This document shows, one piece after another, positions 52,489 to 64,000 of a stretch of DNA of 64,000 nucleotides (position 1 is its first letter; the number at the start of each line of letters is the position of its first letter). The translations under genes and the position numbers were made by a program. Origin of the DNA: Octopus vulgaris (taxonomy: Eukaryota); assembly GCA_951406725.2 (NCBI GenBank), contig OX597825.1:1364001-1428000 (forward strand), given 5' to 3'. The notes below the pieces were generated by a model that saw nothing but the letters and a program-made list of their open reading frames with translations, was not told the origin of the DNA and did no database searches.

Positions 52489-54579
52489 TTAAACACACCA
52501 TTGTTAAAAGAAAAAGATACAATGTATTTAGTGAACACAGTTCTTGATTCGTGATGCCTTGAAGACAGGATGAGTTCATGAAAAAACCTTTGATTCTAAG
52601 TCAATGTTTTCTTCATCCGACCCTTCCTAAGATGATATCCAAGATTATATAGTTGCCTTTTTTAAGCAGAACTTATCATTCAGATAATGATTGTTGTCAT
52701 CACTAAGGATGTAGTTTTGATGAATTAATATTCTTTGGCAACATCCACTTCAGTCTATTGAATAATGTGGTTTAAGACAAGTATGATGCTTAAAATACAA
52801 AAATAAATTAAATAAAAGGTGGAATGATTTTGAACATGGGTCTGCTCAAACTGCAACAGTACTTGAACTCATGGATTTTAGAGCCAATTACGTGTATTCC
52901 AATATGCTATCCTCAAAAGTATTTTCCTTTTAGTGTGTCAGTCTGCTTTTTAAATTGAGTTAAAGCAAATTATGGCTGGTATCTTCAGCAGATAATTATG
53001 ATCATGTGTATTTATGAGATGTTTTCTCATTAGAATAATGTGTCGTTCTACTGAGTTATCTTAAAAAGACAGATATAATCATAAAACAGTTCACAGAGTA
53101 GATGTAAACTATTAAACTAAATAAATCTATCGTGCTATATGGAAATCAATATTATATTTAGCAAGTATTAAAAATTTTAAAGTAAAATTAGATAATGAAT
53201 ATACAGTGCATAAAAATACTATTCTATTTTTAACAATACACTTTCCTCTGTGCTACAAGTCTAATGTATAACTCAGTATTGATATTTACTTTTATTTATA
53301 TTAAAACCATATACGAGACGAGTAAATTATTAATAATTTAATTGAAAATTTGTTTATGTATCTTCTCACACTTCATTTTCACAGAATATTTTGTTCTCTT
53401 TGTTCTTGTGGAAAATTTCTTTTCATGTATTCACTTACACTCACTGGTATTTGGTATTATAAAAAGTTGATGCATTAATTTTTAATAAATGCTGCTCTAA
53501 TATTGACTTCTAACACAGGGCACAAGGCTTCAGATTTGGAAGACAGGTAGATACAGACTGGCATCTCAGTGGGCAAGTCTGATTAAAATAAAGTGGATTA
53601 AGTAGAAGAGTCACATTTAGATATGATAAATGTATTTAGAGTTCTAGTGATGATTTCAACTCTTCACACATGGGGGAAAAAAAAAAGAACAACTGACAAC
53701 TATGTATTTCCTCAATTTTGTATCTGCTTCATATTACAGAAACTAAAATATAAATACAAGCTGCGTGAATTATTATAAAAGAATCGCTCTAATCATCGGG
53801 CTTTCAAATAAATCATGAAAATAAATATTTCGGTTATTGAGTTAAATAAAATGTGAGCTTACACTCAATTATGTACAACACTAACGCGTCTAGTGAAATA
53901 TTCCACAATGCAATGACAAGTATGTTATATTAGATTGATTTCAGAAATAAACTATTTCAAATATCTCTGTAAGACCCAACAATAATTATGTTAAGAATGC
54001 CTAAACTTTTTAAGCATATATGAGGAAAAAAAAAATGTTCACACACACACACACACACACACACTTTCAGTTTTCAGCACTAGCCTACCATATTTCTCAT
54101 AAGCATGTCAGAAGCTTCACTCCATCTCTGCACACACAAAGCTCTCCCTGTTGTAATTTTAACAACAGTATATATCCTAAGTGTAAACTTGCTATTCTTT
54201 TGACCTTTGACTGACAAGACAAGCAGAGATAACAAATAATATGTTGAAGTATTGCACAATCGTCCATATTTATATTCACGATGCATCTGAACTCTGTATT
54301 GTTGAAACAAATGTAACAGGGTAAACATTCTAAGGTGAACACTTGTGTGCTAAGGGCATGGCTATACTCCTGTCTCTGGATGCAGGAGTCACTATCTTAT
54401 TAGGTGATGAAGCAGCTACGCAGACGTTTTGGCCCTTTCCACTATGGTACCAAAGCTGCCCAGTGCCACCCACTGATGTATGCAACAAAATGCCCACATA
54501 ACAGCATAAGCTTTCTTGAGTCAGAGATTGTGACCCTGAGTCAGTTGTTTCTAGCACCCACAATGGTCATTTATAGTCT

Positions 54580-54875
54580 TTCATTCTTTTACTTGTTTCA
54601 GTCATCTGACCGCACCCATGCTAGAGCACCACCTTCTTTTTAAGCTTAGTACTTTTTCTATCACTCTCTTTTGCTGAACTGCTAAGTTATGGGTATGTAA
54701 ACACACCAACACTGGTTGTCAAGTGATGTTGGGTGGCAGAGACAAACATAGATACAAAGACACACACATATTAATACATATACATATATATTATAAATAT
54801 GCATACAATGGACTTTGGTCGGCCCAAGGCTATAGTAGAAGACACTTGCTCAAGGTGCCACTCAGTGGGACTAAT
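54580..54875 (-). mobile_element. SINE family A
   Basis: TTCTTTTACTTGTTTCAGTCAT ... GGCTATAGTAGAAGACACTTG...CAGTGGGACT. Another degenerate copy at 55390-55715. Confidence 0.85.
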
Positions 54876-56500
54876 TGCTAACTTGTCAATTATCCCTTCC
54901 TTCTACCTGTCCTTCATCCCTCCTAACTTAGCTTAACTTCTCTTAGCACAGCAGCCCCTCTCACTACCCTGCCAATGGTGCTACCCTGTGATCTGTCTGT
55001 ACTAGATATATATTTGTATTCAGTTCAGAAATGGACTCACTTGACTGAATACTTTTGATTCGAGTCCTAGTGAAGGCTGACTAGGGCTAAATAACAACAA
55101 CAACAACAACTGAAATATGTTCTTTAGAAAGAAAAAAGGAATACATTTAAAATGTGTCTGTGAAATGACATTAATTTGATGGTTAGTTAAGTGAGTAGTA
55201 AATGATGTTCATTAGGAGAAAGAAGAATAGAAGTAATGAAGTATATTGAACATTGAATAAAATTCTTTGATTATTGAACGAGAGACGCATTAACATTTGA
55301 AGTAAATAAGTTCAGTGAAATCCTATTTCGTTCAGTCTCAATCCTTAAAAGTTTAGTTGGTGTAGAATTTGATGAGAAATTTCGTCATCTTTTATCTGTT
55401 TTGCTTGTTTCAGTCATTCAACTTCGACTTGTGTCAGGCTACAGCCGGCAACACATTCACCTCACCACCCCCCACTGATTCTCATTCTTGTAAGTCTGGT
55501 ACTCTTTCTATTGGCCACTTTTACCAAATTGCTGAGTTATAGGGATGTAAACAAACCAGTATCGAATGGTGGTGGAGCCAAACATGCACACACACACAAT
55601 GGGCTTCCACACAGTTTCTGTCTACCAAATTCATTCACAGAGTTGGTCCGGAGTTATAGCAGAAGACTTATGCCCAAAGTGCCATGCAATGGAATTGAAC
55701 TCTGGTGGTTAAGTCTACCAATTTTTTATTTTGCATAATGAAACTAAACATTATATTCCTTATAAAAGGTTTTCTGCTATTATTATAACGCCCTCTACCA
55801 TTGTTTAAACATCTGATTTCCAATCTAGCATAGGTTGGACCAACCGTATCTGCTTTCTTAGATGGCTTGGAGGAATGCATCTCTCCCTTGTATTAGTTTT
55901 TTGGTTTGCTTTAAAGAACTGGATATCTTTCCTTATACCAACCACTTGCATGTCTTTGACAATACTAAAGCACTTTTTTGACCATTGACTTAACAAAATC
56001 CACTTTAGATTGTAAATTATTTTATAAGAATATATAATGCAATAAGAATAATTTAAGAAAATTTACAGTTAACATCTGCCAAGTGAAATTTGTCCAAAAA
56101 AATTTCAAAGCCTGGGTGCCTATGAGGAATAATTATGTTAAATTGATGACATAGCTATTGTTAATACAATGACATCTCTGATGCATTTTGACTAGTTCGA
56201 CTGGCAATCGCCTATGATAAATGGAGATCAAAACAAAGGCTATTGAAGTATAGATATAAATATTAAGAAATATTTCATCACTGAAAATAAATTCTGCTTC
56301 AAAACATTATAATTGTATGGAAACGAGTTTCCGTGGAGATATTGAAAAGTGTTAGACTTATGTGTCACAGGACTTACTGAAGTATGGTTATTGGAATATG
56401 ACAGCCTTAAAGTTTCATGATACTTAAAGTTTCATGATACTTTGACCAAATATAGTAAAAATTAAACCACTAACATATTTAACTCTTTTGATACCAACAA

Positions 56501-56616
56501 GAGGGGCAGACCCAAGTGCACCCTTCTAAATAATGTTATTATACTCTTTTCTCTTGGAATTGTATTTCCTTATGACCTTGTGCCCTCCCTTCAAAAAATC
56601 CTTGGGTCCGCGCCTG
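56501..56616. mobile_element. Small MITE nested in a piggyBac-like relic (56479-56848)
   Basis: GAGGGGCAGACCCAAG ... CTTGGGTCCGCGCCTG imperfect 16-bp TIRs. Confidence 0.6.
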
Positions 56617-58744
56617 AACATGTTCTATGATACAAACTTTCTGTTTTGAAGTGATCTCATCAGAATTTCATGTTTATTTACGTCTGCGAATGAGAAATAA
56701 TTATGCCAAACTAAAAACTTGGTTATTGTTAATAATTTACGATAAAGTTAATGACTAAGTTATTTTAAAAAATTTATCATTATTTTAAAAATTAACAGAA
56801 TCAAGGACTGTGCTTTTTTCAATAGAAATATGGTAACAAAAATTTTAATTCTTTGGTCTGGAGTGAATATAAAAGACAAATGAATTGGGAAAATACTAAT
56901 AGGAAATATAAATCACAAAACAAACAATATTTCGGATTTTAGTCATCAGCAGGAGGTCATACTAATTGTTGAGGAAGTAATGGAATCTGTTAGTTAGACA
57001 GGAAATCTCCTGGAGAAGGATTTGTACAAACACTGGCATCAATTACTAAGAGAGGATGTTAAGTAGAAAGCAACGCATCAATTTAAGAATAGAACTGACT
57101 GACAAGTGGAAGAGCCTTAAATACTGAGTGCCATTCTAATTTCGTAAAAAGGCATAAAGGTATAATGGGAAAGAAGTTGGCATTAACAAGCTTTGCCTAT
57201 CAGCCGTAAAGACTGTGAAGAGATCTGGAAAATATTAAAATCCTCTTAGCATGCCAGAATGGTATTAAGTGAAAAATAATGTCAATTAAAAACACAAAAT
57301 AATAATAAGAAAATATGCCAATCACCGAGTGCTGTGATTCCTAAATATATTTTGTTATGAGACCCTGATATTGTTTCTCAAAATTGCAGAATCCATACTA
57401 ATATCTTAAGGACATCACCCACAATCCTATTTTTAAAGAGACATCAAATGAAACAAAAGATGTTTAGAGAGAAACTTTATAAATATAAATATATAAAAAA
57501 CATAAATTGTTATATTTGAAAATGGTTAATATCATTTATAAAAAAAAAAAACAACTTTTATCAAATTGTACTAAAAGGAGTCCTTTTGCTTGGAGTCAAT
57601 AAATATTTTCCATAAGAGCCCTGAAGTTCTTTGGAAGTCATTTTGGGAAAACAGGCCAAGTAGTTATTACCCTTAGTTTAAAAAGAAAGATTCCTAGTTT
57701 GAAACCAAACTGGAACTATGAACAATATCTAAGACTAAGACATTCAATGATGACTGGGCCCCAAACTGACTGAAATGTAAAGTAGATGTAAATATTGTAA
57801 ATAACAAAAAATCTTTTGAAGTTTACTTTATGTAATTTTCCCCCCTGTTCCCAATTCCTACTAACGGAACATTATTAGGTAGTTATTAATGATTCTGCTA
57901 TTGATGTTGTTTACTATTATTAAGTGCTTTCGTGGCAAGCTCTCTACATGTTGATTTTCAAAACTGCTATTTGTGATTAGAAATTTAAAAAAAATCCCTG
58001 AAATAAATAATATTAGTCAAATGTTAAGATATTCTCTTTCTTCCTAATTTCATGCTTATCTGAAGGTAACAGGAAAACAAACAGGTAGCCATTGCTGTTT
58101 GGCCTCAGGTCAGTTCAACATACATATGATTAAAGCATTTCTACTGTGACCATTTAGACTTATTCTGTCTCTAGAACTGCACTGTTCATTGTAGACTTCT
58201 TTTCTTAAGGCAAAGATGATTTGGTTGTTATTTCTAGCAGTTTGAGCAACTACATAGTGGCTCCCTTCATGTGAATTTTATAATTTATATTTTCAAGTCA
58301 ACGCTAATCAGTCTTACCAAATTACTTTTACTGTTAATTTCTAAGATTAATCAGGCACATGGAAAAGTAAACATTATAACAATGATGATGATAATATGAT
58401 GTAACAAGGCCACATGTTTTGAGAGGCTGGGTGTAATTAATTAAATTAATACCAGTACTAGACTGGTTGATTGTTTTAACAACTTTGTAAGGATATAAAA
58501 CAAAACTGACCTAGGTGGGATTTGAACCCAGTTTTAGCAAAACATTTTGTTGAGTGCTCTAACGATTCTACCAACCAAGCCCTTGTAATCACAATATTGC
58601 TTTCTAACGCAGTCATAAAGCAACAAACTACCCAAGTACTGGGGTGGTGCTTCATTTTTATCATCTCAGTTGAATGAGGACATCAGTGAGATTTGAATTG
58701 AGAATTTAAAGGATCAAAACTAAATTCCATGACATATTTAGTGG

Positions 58745-59190
58745 GTGCGGGTGTGGCTGTGTGGTTAAGAAGCTTGCACCCCCCGCCCCGCCCCATGTAG
58801 TCTTAGGTTTAGTGCTACAGTACTGCAGCTTAGGCGTTTTCTACGATAGCCCTGGGCTAACCAAAGCCTTGTGATTGGATTTGATAGAGAGAAACTGAAA
58901 GAAACCCATTGTATGTATGTGTGTGTGTGTGTGCGCATGCATTTGTGAGTGTTTGTGTATACTGTTGTGTTGAAGTCATGGCTGTAATAAATGCACATTA
59001 CTGTCACACAACTGATGTTGTTTGTTTCCAGCTTTTTGCTAAAAGCATGTCAGGTCATGAGGCAATGTTACCTTGCTTGGAAACAGGTGAGAGTTGGTGA
59101 CAGGAACGGCATCCAACAGACAAAAATCTGGCTCAAGACATTCAGTCTGACCCAAGGAAGTGTGTCCTTTATACAATGATGATGATGATG
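58745..59190 (+). mobile_element. SINE with family A head and A2 tail ending (GAT)n
   Basis: GGTGCGGGTGTGGCTGTGTGGTTAAGAAG, (GT)n, CTTGCTTGGAAACAGGTGAG...AGGAACGGCATCC. Confidence 0.85.
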
Positions 59191-60499
59191 CTGATGACTG
59201 AGTCTGATAGTCTTGTAATTCTACCAACCCACTGGCCTTACTCTTCATGCAGAAATGTCTAATATATAATATGGAATATAAAAAGACTATATGCAAGGGG
59301 TGGGGTGGGATCAAGATTACGTGGTTGATTGTGTGATCAGTCTTGTCAGCTCGTGTGTCTTCTATTGCTTCAATCGAATACATTTGTTCCACCTAAAAGA
59401 TCTATAAGACAAATAATTAAGATAAATTTGATAACGAAGATTGTTTCCTAATGCAATAAGTTCCTTTCATTTGCAATATGTTACAAGAAGCGAAGACTGT
59501 AAGAATTTGCCTTTTTCTTAATATTCTGAGTTATCTTTTAAAAAAAAAAATCATCTTCATGGCACCAAAGAAATCTCAATTTCTGAAGTAATGGCATTGC
59601 CAATAATTAATGAACATGATAAGATTTAGCATTCTGTAATTTCTAAAAGGACAAAAACAACAAGTATAAATTGAGATTTGTCTGTCAATTATTAATTTGA
59701 ATGAACTTGGTTTTCTCTGAGTAACATGATTATAAAGTATAGAATAGTATAACTTGTTGTTATTGAGTAACACACTTCACAAGTCAATATTATATGTTGA
59801 TATAATCATTGAATATTGACTCCTTACGTTGGTACAAGGTCACTGTTTCACACATGAAGAGTATGTAATCAATTTAAAAACCTGGTGAAATCCTGCCACT
59901 TTGGTTTTTAGCTTTTCACAGGTTTTGGTCAGTGGACCGTAGCCAAGCTCAAAGTGTTTCTGCTGGTCATACTAGCACTAATGCTTATTTCTCTTTGACT
60001 CTACTTAGCTAAGTTACCATTTGATGTAAAGAAATACACAACTCTGTGCACTGTTTACTCTGGTAAGCCACATAAGCACATACAACACATATTCACACAG
60101 ATATTATATATATAAAGTTAATACATTCACACACACACACATGTGTGCATCTGTGTGAATGTGTGTATACATATATAAGCTTTTGCATCAACCAAAATTC
60201 ATCATCAATATATTGATTATACCTCAAGTCCACAATATCTTCTTTTTAATTTTATTACTGAATTCTAAGTGAATGTTAGCATATTTTGAAATGAGAATCG
60301 AGAGGAGGACAAATCAAGCACATTCAGTCGGAAACTCAAATATTTCTGTCAGTTTAGTGATATATAATAAATATTATGCAAAATGTTCAGTTGTTGCTCA
60401 ATTTGAGTTCTGTCCTGATTGAGTAAACTCCATAGCATTGGACCTGAGGCTAGGGTCTTCCACTTCTGTTTTTCTTTCTTTTTGTTTTTTTGTTGGTCA

Positions 60500-60700
60500 A
60501 AGACACATCAGTGGAACTGTTCCTGCTCATGAGTGTCAAACATATTCCATTGTCCAGCTAATATCACAGCTAAGCCCTTGGGTGCCTTTATCAGACCACA
60601 CTCTGTTGCAAGTAATCAAGACAGACCTCCAGCCTGAAGATAATTCCCTCCCACCAGTCCTAGAAGACACAGACAGACACTCTACTTCCTCCATTGACTA
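60500..60700 (-). pseudogene. Possible highly decayed RTE RT fragment
   Basis: Minus-strand SMEEVEC...SSG...TCNRV loosely resembles the RTE 'LEVVxxFCYLGDxxSSGGGCxxAVxxRV' region. Confidence 0.3.
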
Positions 60701-62202
60701 AACTCTTAAAATTATGAAAAAGAAAACCTATTCAAGCCATGGCCGTCTCATCGTTTTGTGTATCCAGATCCACATTGTCTATCCAATGGGTCCTTTGATT
60801 TTTTTTTCAGATGGTAGGGTGTTGAGGGAGAGTTGGCTGCTGTTACTTGCAAGCCAAATGCTTATGTAAAGTGTTTAGTTTATTTGTTTGACAAGTGCAA
60901 GTATCTAAGCATTTCTTAGACTCACACAGATGACAGTGTGTAATTCAAAAGCCTGATTGGTAATCAGAATGGTGTCCTGCCATACCTTCTTCATTCTGAA
61001 TAGCAATATCAATTAGCTGAACACAGCTAAAACTAAACTATTTGTTTGTTTATTTTGTACATTGAGGAGGATATTAATGTTGGGTGTCATGTGAGATGCA
61101 AAATATTGTGTTGTAGATTACTAATAAGTAAAAACATTAAAAAAATCCTTTGTTGTTGTCATCTTTGTGCTGTTTACTGCTGGATGAGCTCTGATCAAAC
61201 ACATCTCTGAACAAAAGACCAGTCTATCTTTTTATTAATTTATTTTTGCTCTATAAAAGAGCTGCTTTTTCTAACAGGTTGAGTAACAGCTTAGAGGCTC
61301 TTTTGGTACATGGTATAAAACAGACATGGGCAACCTTTCTTGAGAAGCAGGCTGCATGAAACATAGTTCATCGTCAAGAAGGTTGCATTATTAAAATAAT
61401 TCAAGGTAATTTCTTTTTCTTTTTTGTCAGGTGTGCCATTCAGAAAATCTGCAAACCACAGTGGGTTCATAACTGATATAAAGTAAGGTTGTATCGTTTA
61501 GTGCTAGCTATAGTATTGAAGAAATATATTTCTTCAGTACATAAACGGATTTCTGCGACTGCTAAGTTATAGAATAATTTAATATTTTATGGTTTGATGT
61601 GCTGGAGTGTGTTAGAAATTAAATATTTCTTTATTACACGAGATCTTGGAAATTGTGTTCAGTAATTTCTTCTGTTTCTTTGCTTGGTTTTGAGTTGGTA
61701 TTATTTCCTGTTTGTTCATGTTTTATAGCACAAACGACTGTGGTTGTTGTTTAGCTTTGAACCAGCAGACCCCATGATCAAAGAAACAACAGCCTTGATC
61801 ATTGTATCTTTTTATACATCTATGACTGAACTGTCTAATGAGTTCTTCATGTTCTAAAAACAGTGGGACATACTTTAAAAGATTGGCTGCTATTTCTAGT
61901 TTGTTAAGTGACCGCACAGAAGCTCACTCAACACATTAGTGATTTATTAATGCACTGGCATTTTGTTTTAATGTTTGTCTTTTGAAATGGAATGTTCAAA
62001 TTTTTATGACTGTCAGGAATTTCATCTCTTAAGGTGGAAAATCAAAATTATTGATGTCATCTGTATTTTGATAGTAAAATTCACGATTTTATTGTTTTCT
62101 TTGTGTGCGAGTTATAAAGCAGTGGAACATTACATGCAGCGATGTCTGGCAGCTGGAATATTGTGCTGCTACTGTTCTCCGTGATACATGTGTGTGTGTG
62201 TA

Positions 62203-62236
<34 letters not shown>

Positions 62237-62312
62237 CATATAATAAAACAGACTCCATTGAGGCTGATGTTGGTGTGCACTGGCAAGTTTATTGCACTCA
62301 TTTTATCAATTT

Positions 62313-62363
62313 TATATATATATATATATATACACACATATATATACATTTATATACATATAC

Positions 62364-62395
<32 letters not shown>

Positions 62396-62544
62396 ACATA
62401 TACATATACATATATATACATATATATATATACATATACATATATATACATATATATACATATACATACACATATATATACAAATATATACATATATATA
62501 TACATATATATACATATATATATACATATATATACATTTATACA

Positions 62545-62578
<34 letters not shown>

Positions 62579-62790
62579 CGTATACACATACATACATATA
62601 TATATATACATACATATATATATATACATACAAATACATACATATATATATATACATATACATATATATATATACATATATATATATACATATACATATA
62701 TATATATATATACATATATACATATATATATATACATATATATATACATATATAAATATATATGTATATATATATATATATATATACGCA
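62313..62790. repeat. ~480-bp compound (TA)/(TACA) microsatellite
   Basis: Direct reading; explains all the YI/IY-rich ORFs. Confidence 0.97.
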
Positions 62791-62804
62791 CGCACACACA
62801 GAGA

Positions 62805-62960
62805 ACAGGCTTCCACACAGTTTCTGTCAACCAAATTCCCTAACAAGGTGCTGGTTGGCCAAGGGTTCATAGTAAAAGGTTTCCTCAAGTTGCTGCAGCA
62901 TGGGAGTGAGCCTGGGACTGTGAAGTTGGGAAGCAAATCAACCATGCAACCACACCAATA
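62805..62960 (-). mobile_element. SINE family A head fragment
   Basis: GGCTTCCACACAGTTTCTGTC...GTTGGGAAGCAA. Confidence 0.7.
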
Positions 62961-63500
62961 CCTTCAAATGAGAGTTGGCAGATGAACCAGAGAGGTAGCT
63001 CTTGAGGTGAGGGGGTTGGGGTTGAAAAGGGCCACATTAAGGAGACAGAAATTCTTCAGTGATGTATTCCGTTCTGCAATGACTTTAAGTGAAAACGAAC
63101 TTGTCATTTACTTTGTAAATGAATTCTTGTTGTTAATACAGATAAGTTGATTAGTTCATTGACTAAAGTGAATCAGTCTTCTCAAATTTTATTGATGTTT
63201 TTTCTTTTCTTTTTTCCTCTTACACAATAAACTATCTTTGAAAAATATCTCAATTTTAACTTTTAGAATTCATATTGTATCTTAATTATATCATTGTTCC
63301 CAACATCATCAGTTATAATATTTCCTTGGAAACTTTAGCAATATGTCAGACTTCTTGAGATTCAACTTACAAGCTTCCCCTTCCATTCTCTCCCTTCTTT
63401 TCAATCACTCTCTTTTGTGAAGTGTTCAGTGTTATAAGATAACTGAAAAACCTCCTAGTAAGTAGGGGAAAAAAAGGACGGCCTTAATGAAACAAAAATG

Positions 63501-63540
<40 letters not shown>

Positions 63541-64000
63541 CTCAGTGCACTGTGTGTTAGAATAGTTTTATTGAAGCAATAATATAGTTTCAAAAATGAC
63601 TTTTCAAATTTTAAAATCAATAATATTTGTCATTCCTACTTCTTAAAAACAATTTCTTTTTTCTTGGCATTGTTTAAGAATTATTATTATTTTTTTTTTC
63701 CCCCTTGAACATAATCTATGAATCATTTTATTTTCCTTGTTCATAATCTATAAATTATTTTATATTCTCTGTTCATAAACATTAAAAGTATAACAATAAT
63801 CGTTATATATATGTTTTTCATTTTTAATACCCCCCCCCCCACCAAAATAAATGGAATAAAGAAATATGTTTTGTGATATAGCAAAAGTTTCTCAAACTTC
63901 AGATAAACTATTTTATGAATAAAAGTGAAAAAAAAGGGAAAATTCTATTTTGTCCACTAAAGCATAGTAGACCTGTAAATAAAGCGATAGAGAAATATTT

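Noticed and set aside
60438-60701. 87-aa plus-strand ORF as an exon
   Set aside because: No recognised domain; better explained as antisense of a decayed RTE fragment.
62105-62985. Longest ORFs (135-265 aa, YI/IH-rich), and similar ones at 22295-22988
   Set aside because: Translations of (TA)/(CA) microsatellites, which lack stop codons.

Overview
This is AT-rich, microsatellite-dense animal DNA. The SINE repertoire points to an Octopus (coleoid cephalopod) genome, which is an inference from repeat recognition. I found no intact protein-coding gene: the ORF track consists of microsatellite, SINE and chance ORFs, so the window looks like the interior of a very long intron or intergenic DNA. 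It holds many SINE copies (at least four families), decayed RTE-type LINE fragments, several MITEs, Penelope-like relics, a ~1.46 kb tandem duplication and large inverted repeats. The most notable signals are: (1) a textbook recursive-splice-site motif on the minus strand (branch point, polypyrimidine tract, CAG|GTAAGT at 17737/17736) with a downstream RS-exon donor; (2) three pre-miRNA-like hairpins in apparently unique sequence (10072-10143, 10781-10848, 43938-43991); (3) one near-intact minimal hammerhead ribozyme (21706-21748, minus) plus several relics; (4) long fold-back elements that would form dsRNA. Repeat boundaries were read by eye and are approximate. No database searches or folding calculations were run.
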